A DNA stretch of 64,000 bases from the NCBI RefSeq assembly GCF_009914755.1, contig NC_060927.1, one strand, 5' to 3'. Under the pieces are notes generated by a model that worked only from the letters and a program-made list of their open reading frames with translations, made no database searches and was not told the DNA's origin. This DNA comes from the human T2T-CHM13v2.0 reference genome, Homo sapiens. This document shows positions 12,617 to 24,640 of this stretch, piece by piece. A program made the translations under genes and the position numbers. Each line of letters opens with the position of its first letter. The first letter of the stretch is position 1.

Positions 12617-12840
12617 GTCAGCAGACTTGGGTTTGAATTTATACAAGACCATTTCCAACTAGCTATGGAATTAACCTTAGGCTAATTTATTTAATCTCTC
12701 TAAGTTCCAGTTTCCTCACCTGTAAAATGGAATTAAAAGGGAGAGTGCTGACAGTGTTGCTGCAATGACTACATGTGACAACGTATATAAACTCTTATTA
12801 CAAGGCCTGGCACATAGTAAATGCTCAATAAATGCTAATA
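12617..12840 (+). mobile_element. MIR SINE
   Basis: agacttgggtttgaat...cagtttcctcacctgtaaaatgg...gcctggcacatagtaaatgctcaataaatg. Confidence 0.88.
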
Positions 12841-13129
12841 AGAATTCCTGTAGAAATATATGCCTGAAAATCTGAGGTTACACAGCAGATAACTTGGGAA
12901 ATTTAGTACTAGAAATCAGATATTTTCATTCCCAGACTAGGGCCATTTTCTGTTGCTCTGTACAGATGGAAGTTGGGCATTAATTGGGCCTATATAGATC
13001 ATTGGTTCCCAAAGCACAACTAGGGATCTTAAAAAGAAAATTGTGTCTGAGTCTAGACTCACCAGATCAGAATCTATGTTTTAAAAGTTTCCTGAATGAT
13101 TCTCATGAAACCTGTCTGTTAACTATTGA

Positions 13130-13250
13130 TGAGAAAGAGTGAGAGGGGCCTCCTAGGTGAGGAAGAACAGTGAGGGAAGGATATAGAGGTAGAAAGTATA
13201 ACAGCATTTGGAAGAATTACAAGGAGAAGTTGTGGTTTGGGGCAGAGGGT
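13130..13250 (-). mobile_element. L2 fragment
   Basis: cctaggtgaggaagaacagtgagggaaggatatagaggtagaaag, typical of antisense L2 3' region. Confidence 0.5.
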
Positions 13251-14109
13251 ACCTGCCTAGGGCCCTTCAAACCGTGACCAAATGGTCAGGCAGAGACATG
13301 CAAGATAGCCAAAATCACCCAGGTGTCATTTTCATGTCCAAGAGAACTGCATGGTCCTAAGACTATGAGAGAATGTATTATTCTATCTTGTGTATGGTCT
13401 ATTGCGTTAGACGGAAATACCAACCCAAGAAATACTAGAGAAATGCTGAAACCCATGAGTGAGGTTATCAGCTTGGGCGAACTCCAAACTTCTTTGTTAA
13501 AGAAGCATCAGGTACGGTACAAACTGAATCCAGGCATGTAGGCTATCTGTCCACACTCCCTTTTGATTTATGGAATGATTGATGGAGAAGTTATAAATAG
13601 TGTTTTGTGCATCCCAGCAGGGTTGTCCACAGAACTCAGTGAGTTGGCTAAGCTGGAATCTCTCAGCACTAGGCTACTTCCAGTAACTCCCCAAAGTCAT
13701 GGGATAATATTAGAGTTTCCTTAGAGGGCACATTTATTTCAACCCTGGAAAGATTTCTAGTTAAGTGTAGAAATGTTTATAAGAACCAAGTAGTAATCAT
13801 TTTGAATTAAGGAGCCTGTACATTTGGTACTTTATATAATTTTATATTTTATAAAATTGTAATAAATACAATTTATATTGTATAAAATTATAATTGTAAT
13901 ATTTAAGAGAATTTGTCTTAAGTTAGCCTTATCATTTCACTACGAAATGTGTAATTGAGTAACTGATATACAGTTGGGATTTCAAGTTGAAATCTTACTA
14001 CATTTTTACACAGCGCTGGAACATTTAAGATAAAATTCACCATAATTATACATTTCATTTGTTGGCTGCATAAGAAAAGTTTAAGTGCACAGGAAACAGA
14101 TGATTGAGG

Positions 14110-14750
14110 AACCACTTTGGCCTGGAGAGGCCACATCAGAGCTGGCACTTAGCTTAGGAGTGGAGATATGATGTTCAGCTCTCCCAGGCTACACTTGGCT
14201 CAGGCCAAGCGGTTCCAGAAGGAGACAAGAGTCTGACTGGGGCACTTGTCACGCAGTGTCTATAATGGTATCAGGGCAACCCTGTCATAGTCATTTGCAG
14301 AGTGGTTGCCCTGGCCTGCGCTAAATTGGAGTCTCGCCCAGATCATGGTGATGGGAAGGGAAGAGGTATTTCACAGTGCCAGAAAGAGCCACAGCACTGC
14401 TGGCTCAGCCACAGAGGGCTACTGGGCCCTGCCCAAGCTGAGAGAGAGTACCTCTACTAGCTGCCACAAATACGAATAAGGTGAGCACTGTCCAGGTAGC
14501 CTAGAGACATGGCTGCAGAGACCAGGTAGGGCAGAGAATCCCTTATCCATAAATCCTCTAGGCCAAGTAAAACCTCCACCTGACTCCTCCAGACACCATT
14601 TAAGGGGAAAACAAGGGGAGAAAGAGAAGACTCAGAGGTTGTACATCACCTGAAGAATTCTTTCTATGATTATGTTGCATTAGGTCATAGACTGAACCAA
14701 AAGTTTAAGTGGGAGCCCTTGAGGAAGACAAATTAAAGACAAAACTAAAG
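14110..14750 (+). mobile_element. Possible ancient LTR (Gypsy-class LTR85/MamGyp-like), unconfirmed
   Basis: GC-richer ~640-bp block ending agactgaaccaaaagtttaagt; resemblance only. Confidence 0.25.
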
Positions 14751-14761
14751 AATATTTTTTC

Positions 14762-15045
14762 CGCAGGCACGGTGGCTAGTGCCTGTAATCACAGCATTTT
14801 GGGAGACCAAAGCAGGATGACCACTTGAAGCCAAAAGTTGAAGATTAGCCTGGCCAATATAGTGAAACTCTGTCTCTACAAATAATAGAAAAACATAACT
14901 AGGCAACATAGCACATGCCTGTAATCCTAGCTACTCAGGAGGCCAAGGCAGGAGGATCCTTTGAGCTCAAGAGTTAAAGGTTGTAGTGTGTCATGACTGT
15001 GCCACCGCATCCAGCCTGGACAATAGAATGAGACTCTGTCTCAAA
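14762..15045 (+). mobile_element. AluJ with tail converted into a (TA)/(TG)n microsatellite (15044-15120)
   Basis: Diverged Alu dimer with J-type gaggatcctttgagctc. Possible TSD aaagaatatttttt / agatatattttttt. Confidence 0.9.
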
Positions 15046-15075
15046 TATATACATATATGTTTTTTGATATACATA

Positions 15076-15110
<35 letters not shown>

Positions 15111-15414
15111 ATAGATATATTTTTTTATTTTTTCTCCATGCATCCTATTGGTAGTGTGCGTAAATTTGCGGTCCTGTTTCAAACTTGGTTAACTTTCATA
15201 TCACAGACTCACAGAAAGGAGACTTGGAAGCAAACTCAGCAGTTATCTATGCCAATGTCCTCATTTTGCAGATGATCAAAATAAGACAAGACAATGTTAA
15301 ATGACGTGGAGCAGTAGAATAGTACATTTCCTGGCTATTTGACTCTCTAATTGGGGACCTATTGAGTTCTACACACGCATGCACGCACACACACACACAC
15401 ACAGAAAGACAATT

Positions 15415-15508
15415 AGTTCTATATAGGGTTCTTATGAGGATCAAAGAGAATGTATTTCCAATACTTAGCTCAGCACCTGACATAGAGTAATTGCTCAATA
15501 AATAGTAG
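15415..15508 (+). mobile_element. MIR 3' fragment (preceded by (CA)n at 15370-15402)
   Basis: agggttcttatgaggatcaaa...cctgacatagagtaattgctcaataaat. Confidence 0.7.
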
Positions 15509-15944
15509 TGGTTTTCACTAAGTTCACACAAACAGGAAGAAATAGAATGGGAACTGAAGGGAGGACACACAAGGTCCCCAGGAGAGGAATGGCAGAGTCT
15601 CAGTCTTGTGAGTAGCACTTGATCTGCCTGAGATTCAGACGGGGCTGGTTGTGGTTAATACTGCCTATCTGCAAGGCTACAGTAAACCTCAGAATTGGTT
15701 TCCCAAGAATATTCCTTTGAGCTGATTAGAGCTTTTCTAACGTGCAATTTGCATCTATTGGAATCTTCCGTGCTGTTTATGTTGGTTTCTTATTATACCA
15801 TTTACCTTAAACAGCTTTGTTCTTTTTAAAGCAAAACATGCCATTCTTTCCATGGTGGTCTAAACCACATTTCAAATGAGCACTGCCCTGTGAATGTGAT
15901 CCCAGTGGCTGTGTGACAAGGCAAAGTGGGGAGGAATCATAGGG

Positions 15945-16100
15945 AGAGTGGAAAGAGGTCTGGGCTGGGAGTCTAGGCCCTGTTATGTGTGACTTTCTGA
16001 CACTCTGAGAACCTGAGTCTTGGGTCCTTTATTAATTTTTTTGTAAAGGATAGGGTTTGGACGTGATAATTGCTAAGTGCCTTCCACCACTGAAATTCTT
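15945..16100 (+). mobile_element. MIR3-like SINE
   Basis: gagtggaaagaggtctgggctgggagtc ... ctaagtgccttccaccactgaaattct. Confidence 0.6.
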
Positions 16101-16274
16101 GTCATTTGTTTGGCTCAGTGTCAGCCTGGTGGAAGTGTGTGAATGAATGAACATTGCAAGTGTGCCTTTCTCATCCATTTTCAGGCTACACTGACAGTTA
16201 TTACAACTGAGGGCAGGCGGCTCACTGACACTGATACTTAACAGACCACATTAAATAAACAAGAAAACGAAATG

Positions 16275-16590
16275 AATAGCTAACCCTTATGAGAACTTAC
16301 TATGAACCAGGAAGAAGGCTTTCATTATGTGGTGCTATTTCATTTTATTTAATCTTCAGTACCAAACTGCCACAGTAGGTACAACTACTATCTCTATTTT
16401 GCACGTTAAAGAAAAAAAGATGAAGTCACACATGTTTATACAGGGCTTCACAATTTGCAATTTATCACCACATTTATTCTATCCAAGTCTCACACAAACC
16501 CACAAAGGAAAGTGAGTATTCTCACCAGTCTATACATGAAGAAATTCAGACCCAAAGCAAGGTAAGTGACTTACCCGCAAGGCCACTATG
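16275..16590 (-). mobile_element. Two MIR fragments
   Basis: aatagctaacccttatgagaacttactatgaaccagg...; catgaagaaattcagacccaaagcaaggtaagtgacttacc. Confidence 0.65.
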
Positions 16591-16767
16591 CCCTGGGCGA
16601 GAGCTTTGCCACGGCTTTTCTCTGCTTTTCTGTGACATCGGCTGCCTCTTCAATAGGAACGTTTGCTTTTCCACTTTCCCTCCAGTTTTTCTTCTGCAAA
16701 AATCTCATTTTTCCATTTATTTTCGTCTAATACATCTTGCCATACTTCATTGATGAGGGTATTTTTT

Positions 16768-16982
16768 AACCTCTCCACACCAAACTCTCATCTGCCTATA
16801 TCTGGACCCTACTGTTGAAGGAAGTGTGGCTCTTCTCATCAAAATCCAATCCTCTGCTCAGGCCCTGGATCTCAGCCCTTGGGCTCTCTCCAGCACTCCA
16901 CTCCCTTGCTCATCTCCTTCTCTACTCCACCTTCAATGCCTCCCTTTGTAATGCATCATTCCCAAACAGGCTCTGATATCTC
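16768..16982 (+). mobile_element. L2 fragment
   Basis: aaatccaatcctctgctcaggccctggatctcagccctt; pyrimidine-rich L2 ORF2 segment. Confidence 0.6.
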
Positions 16983-16999
16983 ATGTCTTTATTTCATTA

Positions 17000-17325
17000 C
17001 TTTTCTGCAACTTGCTTTATTAATAATATAACTTGGATATTTTCTCATACGTAGATCTTATTCTTTTAAATAGTTACCTAGTATTCCATTGTATTCATGT
17101 ATTTAACTAGTCTCTCGTCAGTTGGATCAATTAGGTTGTTCACAGATTTATGCTAGTCTAACATATGAATCTTCATGTACTTTGTCACTATATCTGTAAG
17201 ATAAATTATTATAAATAGGATTGTTTGATGAAAAGGTATATAAATTTTAAATTATTCTTAAACTGGATCTCAAAAAGATTCATAGTTATCAAGAACTCAA
17301 AAATACCAATTTCCTCATACTCTAG
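17000..17325 (-). mobile_element. Old L1M (L1ME-type) fragment
   Basis: ttctgcaacttgcttt...tagtattccattgtatt...ttaggttgtt...aaataggattg. Confidence 0.65.
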
Positions 17326-17573
17326 TCTGACAAATAAAGACCAGTTTTTTTTTTAAAAAAGATAAACCTATAAGGAGTGCCACAGAAAAATATGATTTCA
17401 CTTCTGCAACTAAAAAGTTTATACATGAATATGTGTGTATGTATCTGTAAGTATAAAACAAACACACACAGGCTCCTTCTAATCCTCAGCTCTAAACTTA
17501 AATATCACCACTTTGGAAAGGCCTTCTTTGTCTACCCTGTTTAAAATAACTCCCACTCTACCCCCAATAATTG

Positions 17574-17957
17574 TTTTATTTATTTTTAAAGATTTATTTA
17601 TTTTTATTATTTTAATAGGTTTTTCGGAAACAGGTGCTGTTTGGTTATATGAATAAGTTCTTTAGTGATGATTTCTGAGATTTTGCTGCACCCATCACCC
17701 AAGAAGTATACACTGTACCCAATGTGTAGTCTTCTATGCCTCACCCCACTTCCATCCTTTCCCCGAGTCCCCAAAGTCTATTGTAGTATTCTTATGCCTT
17801 TGCATCCTCATAGCTTAGCTCTCATTTATGAGTGAGAACATACAATGTTTGGTTTTTATCCCTGAGTTATTTCATTTACAATAACGGTCTCCAATTCCAT
17901 CCAGGTTGCTGTGAATGCCATTATTTCATTCCTTTTTATGGCTGAGTAGTATTCCAT
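17574..17957 (-). mobile_element. L1PB1-type 3' end fragment
   Basis: aataggtttttcggaaacaggtg...gaataagttctttagtgatgatttctgagatttt...gagtccccaaagtc. ORF2 C-terminal MEYYSAIKRNEIMAFTATWMELE in ORF 17856..18098. Confidence 0.88.
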
Positions 17958-18837
17958 TATATATATATATACATATATGTGTGTATATATGTATATATGT
18001 GTATATATATGTATACATGTGTGTTTATATGTATATATGGGTATATATGTATATATGCTTATATATAATATACAATATATAATATATATTATATACAATA
18101 TATAATATATTGTATATTATATTATATATAAGCATATATATTATATATAATATACGCACATATTATATATATTATGCATATGTTATATATAATATGCGTA
18201 TATTATATATGCACGTATATTATATATTATATGTATTATATATACACATATATATAATACATGCATATATTATATACCTGTATAATATATACCCGTATAT
18301 TATATACACGGGTATATATTATATAAGCATATATTATATATTAGATATTTTATATATATAATATATACATTATATATGTTATATAATATCTAATATATAA
18401 TATATTATATATATTATATCTAATATATATTATATAATATCTAATATATTATATATTATATATAATACATATAATTATATATCATATATTATATGTATAA
18501 TATATAATATATATTATATGTATAATATATAATATATATTATGTATGCTTATATAATATATATTATATATAATATATTACATATATTATATATAATATAT
18601 ATATTTACATATATTATATATATAATATATATTACATATATAATATATATAATATATATTACATATATAATATATATAAATATATATAATATATATTACA
18701 TATATAATATATATAAATATATATAATATATATTACATATATAATATATATAAATATATATAATATATATTACATATATAATATATATAAATATATATAA
18801 TATATATTACATATATAATATATATAAATATATATAT
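17958..18837. repeat. ~880-bp TA-rich array ending in a 37-bp minisatellite
   Basis: Nearly pure A/T. Perfect 37-mer catatataatatatataaatatatataatatatatta starting at 18662, 18699, 18736, 18773 and, partially, 18810. Confidence 0.95.
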
Positions 18838-18839
18838 TC

Positions 18840-18938
18840 ATAGGCCTCACACCAGATCTACTTGTGGATTCTGGAGGTGGCACTCAGGAATCTGTTTGAC
18901 ACCTACAGGTGATTCTGCTTGAGAACTAGTGGGCTATA
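18840..18938. mobile_element. MER5A-type hAT DNA transposon, terminal half
   Basis: ggcctcacaccagatctact...ggtggcactcaggaatctgttt...aggtgattctgcttgagaactagtg. Confidence 0.65.
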
Positions 18939-19164
18939 CTGTGCCATATGTTCTGTGTATCACTGATGAGAGATGTAAGCCTTCTGCCCAGCATCAACCC
19001 AAAAGTTGTCAGCATGACAAGGAGTACCTGGAGTGACTGTCTCAAAAAGATCTTAGGTTATAACCACACCCTTTTTGTATTCCCCTTTAGAAGGCAGATG
19101 AGCAAACCGCAACACTAGATTGGGAATCAGAACATTAAAGAGAATTATATTAGATTCTAATGGA

Positions 19165-19345
19165 AACATAATACATGCAATGGTAAAAACAAAATTCAAA
19201 CTGTACAAAATACCTACAAGTGATTTTCCAATTATTCAAAGACTACCATTGTCTTTCCCTAGAGACAACCAGTTTTACATATCTTGCTTACTCCCTCCAG
19301 AAATTTTCTGATATATACAAGCAGATATATGTGTTTATGTGTGTG

Positions 19346-19393
<48 letters not shown>

Positions 19394-19685
19394 ATCTATC
19401 TACCTACCTACCTATTTATCATCTCCCCTATTTTAACAGATTATAAATTGAAGCACATATACTCTTTTGTGACTTTTCTGAAAATTGTTGCTGGTGAGAC
19501 ATTTGGAGATTCCTTTTTCTTTGTAATGTTTATTTGATTAAGTAGAACGATCTTATTTTTACCTACTGCCAGCCATATAGGCTGCTCCCCAGCTTTTTCG
19601 ATTATAAACAATCCTGCCAAAAAAAAACTATGCTTACCCTTGGACACATGTGTGAATATATCTGTGAGATAATCACTTGCAAACA
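19165..19685 (-). mobile_element. Old L1ME (ME4-type) 3' fragments
   Basis: atacatgcaatggtaaaa...ttccctagagacaaccag...cctccagaaattttctg...attataaacaatcctgc. Confidence 0.55.
19346..19393. repeat. (TATC)12 GATA-type tetranucleotide STR with a TACC/TATC extension to ~19424
   Basis: Direct reading. Confidence 0.95.
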
Positions 19686-20895
19686 GCACCTGCCACCCTG
19701 CTTGTCTCAGTCCCCTCGACCGACAGTTTCCAGAGACTCTTCTAACTCTACTGATACCAGATCTCTTTATGGATCATCCTGTTTCCAGCAATGTTGGAAC
19801 ATGTAAACTCTTGTTGATAAAGAAGAGATCTCACTAAATGCATGTCAGCTTTCTGCCTGCAGTGTGTCATGAGGTGCCACACAATACAGATCAGGAGAGA
19901 GAGAGAGGTGTGTAAGAAGCTAGGGAAGGGTGAAGTGATTGGTGTGAAATCTCCCCAACAATGGATAATGAGTGTTTACATCCCTTCTTTCTCCACTTCT
20001 CAATTGTTACTTTCTTTTATGAGACCCTATGGGAAAAGTATCCATTAATTTCCTTCTTCTCCCTTGTATGGTTTAAACTCAAGGTGTTTCTGAGAGTTGT
20101 ACATTTTCTCAGGGCTGCTTATAACACACATGAAGTATAGCTGGGTGGCTTCTGTTTGCAAGAGGTCTATTTTTAATTAACTTTTGTGCTTTTTGCCTTG
20201 AAGTGACCTCATAGCGTTCAGCAGGATATACACATACACTGTCACACTCACACATCACCACTATGATTGTGTGAGAAAATTCCACTGCAAGAAAAACTGG
20301 ACAAGTTTTTCTTAGCTTCTAGGAAGACGGAAGACTCCCTGACAAGGATTTTATTTTCATTGTAGTGGGCTGTCAGCAAGGCCATTTATCATAGCCTGAA
20401 TTAATAAGGAAAGGACAGAAGAAAAACGACTTGCTGCCAAACAGCTTCGGGATGTTCGGGGCTGCATAGATCAATCAGCTGGGCACACTAGCTATTGTCT
20501 GCTCATCAATTCATTTTCATTGAGTTTCAGGACAGATAACACCAGGCCTTTTTCTGAGGCAGGATCCTAAAGTGCCTACCTAAACTTGCTTTCCGTTCCA
20601 ACCTTTTCATCCCACAGGACACTCATGAAGGTGGCATACTGTGTTTAGATGAAGGTGCTCCTCTAAACTTGTGGCATATCTTTGCACTTTCCCACTTCCC
20701 AAATGCACAACAGTCTTAAGGATCTTTCAAAACTAATAGGTAAAACAGATTAACCTCAAACACACCTGAGATGCAAAGAGAGCCCTTTGTGCACTTATGA
20801 CAGCATAATAAATTAAACAACCAAATGCTTTCAAAGCAACTGGGAGACACAGAAGCTACAGAGGGAAATGACAACATTCATTTCCATTTGGCTGT

Positions 20896-21450
20896 TGTAG
20901 TGGACGTTTGTTTTCTTTTATCCAGAATTCATTCCCTTTCTACCAAAAACAGCTTTCTGATTTTTCTCAACAAGGCATGTCCTCTACCACCTTAAAATCT
21001 TGCACTTCTGGTTGGGAACCACACCCCTTTTCAGGGTTGGAACCTTTAACTTAAATGTGCTGCATCACAGCATCTGATTCCCCAGGTCGCACTGGGGAAT
21101 TCTGTTGAACCATGAATTCTCCATGAACTAATGATCCAGCAGAGCCAGTGAAATATAACAAGAGTTTCTGGGATGCTTGGATATATTGTGGTGGCCTCAA
21201 AATGGGGAGGATATAAATATGTAGCCTCCAAGGGCTACCACAGATAACTTGAGAATGAAGTCAGCATGTCAGAAGACGGCAATGACAGATGGACTGAAAT
21301 GAGCCCTGATGGGATCTTTAGAGCCCCTGGAAGAAGCCCACCTGAAGCCAGTATCCCTCTGGATTAAGAGAACTAACGGAATCTTTTCACTTAAAAAATA
21401 TGTATTTTTGCCACCATGCTTGGCAAAAATATCAGTTTTAATTGTGTTTC
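20896..21450 (+). mobile_element. Old MaLR solo LTR (MLT1L/K-type) with small internal rearrangements
   Basis: tgtagtggacgtttg...gagaatgaagtcagca...gagccctgatggga...gagcccctggaagaagcccacctgaagcca. Confidence 0.65.
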
Positions 21451-21949
21451 TTTTATAATAAAAGTAATTTCACTAATACAGAAAAAATTTCACTAATTGC
21501 ATTTATTGAATCTGGAACCCTAAATTCCAAAGCTACAAGATGGTCCCAAAATTTCTCTTTTTGGACAGAACCAAATAGCTTTTTAACCTGAATATCAGAA
21601 AATGTAAAAATATCATCTAACTGAACTCCTTCCAGTAACATTGGGGCTTGGTATGAGAAGTCGGGAATAGGGCCTTTACTTCCGACAGTTGTTGATAGGG
21701 TGATATGGACCAAATGTTTTGAAGAGGATAATCATTAAAGCTGGAAAAAAAGAAAAATAAAATAAGGATATTACAATGATAATAAAGGGAAGAATTACTG
21801 GGCCAAGACCTAGGAGAAGACAGTACTCAAAGACATAGTGTCTAGAGTTTGCCATTCTGGAAGAGAAAGCTATGTGGCTGAGCAGTACTTCTGAAAGTTT
21901 ATAGAGAGGGATAAAAGTTCTGGGCTTGCTCAAGGAAAAGGTCATCATA

Positions 21950-24395
21950 AACTCCCTGCAATTTGCATTGAGGCCCTACGTGGCTGTATGCTAATAGGAA
22001 AAGTAAATTGGAAGTAATACATTTCTCATATAGACTGATCTGAGGTAGGAGATATCTGGATAACCCAGAAAAATAATCACTTTTAAAACTAAATTAACCT
22101 CAGATTACCAAAGCTCCAATGCATGTGGCAGATAAAAATATGAATCTTCTTTAGAGGAACATAACATCACCCTACACCACAAGGCTAAAATTCTTAGAAA
22201 TAATGTCTGACACACAATCAAAGAAAAGAAGACATACAAGCAAATGAGATGGCATGAAAGAGAATCATCAGGGAGAGAAAAACAAAAAGGAAAACAAGGC
22301 AATCCACAGTCTTCAGATACTGGAGCTGGACTTTAAAATAACTCTTCTTGCTATTTAAAGGAACTAAAATATATGACTGAGATAATATTAAAAAATCAAA
22401 TAAAAATTCTAGAATGAAAAACTACTGAAATTAATAATTCAGTGGAAATATTTCATAGATTAGACTTCAATGAAGAGAGAATTAGTGAAATAAAAGGCAA
22501 ATCAGAAGGAAATACTTATTATGAAGCAACTGGGAGACAAAAAGATACAAAATACAGAAGAGAGGTTAAGAGACAGAAGATTCGGTCCAAAAGTCTGATA
22601 TACATTTAACTATAGCTTCAAAAATGAGACATAAAAAGAGGGTAGAAGGCAACAATTTGATAATATCCAGCTAAGAATATCCTCAAACTTATGAAATACA
22701 TCGATTTACAGATAGAAAAACTCAAGAAGAAAACATTAAAAGAAATATACTGAGCCATTACAAAAAATGAGGAAAGAAAATAACTTAAAAGCACCCAGAA
22801 AATATAGGACAGATTATGTTCAGAAGAATGACAGTTGTATTGATAACTGACTTCTCAGCAGAAAAACATAGGAAGCTAAAATACAAATATCTGCCAAGTG
22901 CTGAGAAAAAAACCTGTAATTGTATACTCAGTAAAAATAGACTTCAGAATGAAAGAGAGTTTCAGGTGAATAAAAACTGAGATAATTTGTTAACAGCAGA
23001 CCTTCAGTAAAGTAAATACACAAGAGTCTTTTTCTGTCAGGATATCCTTGCATGAAGATGAGAGACATAGAATGAAATCTAAGAAAACTGATAAGACATG
23101 AACAAATCCAAATAAATATAAGCTGTTTAAACATTTTATTGTGTGATTTAAAATAAACAAACAATAAAAATATATGACAATAAAAGTACATAAGTTAGGA
23201 AAGTATAAAGATGTAAAAGTACTTTAAGGCACTTGGATTATTTAGGAAGAAGAAAATTACAAAACATTACTAACGGAAATTAATGAAACCCACACTTCCC
23301 TGCCCCTCACCAATGGAGAGAAAGATATACCAGATTCACAGATTCGAATACTCAATTTTGTAAAGATACCAATTATTCTCAAATTGATCTCTAAATTCTA
23401 TATAATCTCAATAAGAATCTCAAACGTTTTATTGTAAAACTTGACAAGCTTATTCTGAAGTGTATATGAAAATTCAAAAGGCCAGGAGTAACCAACATCA
23501 TCTTAAAGAAAACCAAGACTTCTTATAAGATGATAGTCAACTAAAAGGGAGGGGACAGATGTAAGGATAGATGTATAGACTAATGGAAGAGAAGAGAAAG
23601 CTCAGAAACATACCAGTGCATATAAAGACACGTGATTTGTGATAAAGGTAGCACTTTGGAGTAATGAGGAAAGATGATCTGTTCAATTGGTAGTGCTAAG
23701 AAAACTGGATACAATGTGGGGGGAAAAAAAACCCTTGACCTCTAGCCCATATCATACACATAAAACAATTAGAGTGGATTGTTGTGATAAATATGAAAGG
23801 TAAAACAATGTTTCAGAAGATAATTTAGGTGACTATCTTCATGATTTCAGAAACGGGAACGATTTTTTAATAAGAACACAAAAGCACTAACTGAAAAGGA
23901 AATGTTGATAAATTCCTGTTAAAAGGGAAATGTTGATAAGCCATTTAACTGTATTAAAATTAAGAGATTCTATTCCTCAAAAGACACCATTTTTGAAAGT
24001 TAAAAAAACCCAAACAAGCCACAAAGTGGTAAAAAAAAATGAAATCTCATAAACATGATCAAAAGAAGTGAGACCAAAAAATTGTATGCTATATGTATAC
24101 TATATTACTCCAGTTACGTAAAATTAAAATATAAGTAAACCTAAGCTACAGTGTTTAGTGATTGCAAACTTGCATGGTGAAGCCATTAAGACAATTGCTG
24201 TAAAAGCAAGGATAGTGATTGTCTTTGGGGAGAGTAAGAGTCGGAAAACAAAGAGCTTCTGGGAGGTGGCAGTGTTGTACTTCTTGATGTGTTTTTCTTG
24301 AGGTGATGAGTTTTTCCTTTGCAATAATTCATTAGGTTATGAATTTTAATGTATTGTTGGTGTATATATATTTCACCGTAGAAAAGTTTTAAAAA
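21950..24395 (+). mobile_element. Old L1M (L1ME3-like) remnant: ORF1, ORF2 3' part and 3' UTR
   Basis: A-rich ORF1 motifs (gaagagagaattagtgaa, actgacttctcagcagaaa), ORF2 (aaacttgacaagcttattct) and a ME3-type 3' UTR (gtgtttagtgattgca, aggatagtgattgtctttgggg). Confidence 0.75.
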
Positions 24396-24449
24396 TTGTA
24401 GCATTAGATCTATGCAACCTATTGCCATAGGTGCATACCCTGTAGCACC

Positions 24450-24640
24450 TCACGGAGAGGTCTCTGGAGTCAGGTGACTGGATTTAAATTCCAGCTCTCT
24501 CCTAAGGGATGTGTGGCCATGGGTGAATAATGTAACCTCTTTAAGTCTCATTTCTTCATAAGAAAATGGGTTTTATAAAGTTGAGAGGATGAAATGAGAT
24601 GAAGCATGCAAGGCACCTCACATTTTGTAGACAAATAAGT
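24450..24640 (+). mobile_element. MIR SINE
   Basis: ctggagtcaggtgactggatttaaattccagctct...gttgagaggatgaaatgagatg. Confidence 0.8.

Noticed and set aside
16556-16572. Perfect donor aag|gtaagt
   Set aside because: Lies in the MIR core (ttaagtgactt variant) with no convincing acceptor
17856-18726. Tyr/Ile-rich ORFs
   Set aside because: Translations of the TA array
18662-18837. 37-bp repeats as a CRISPR-like array
   Set aside because: Head-to-tail units with no spacers, in eukaryotic DNA
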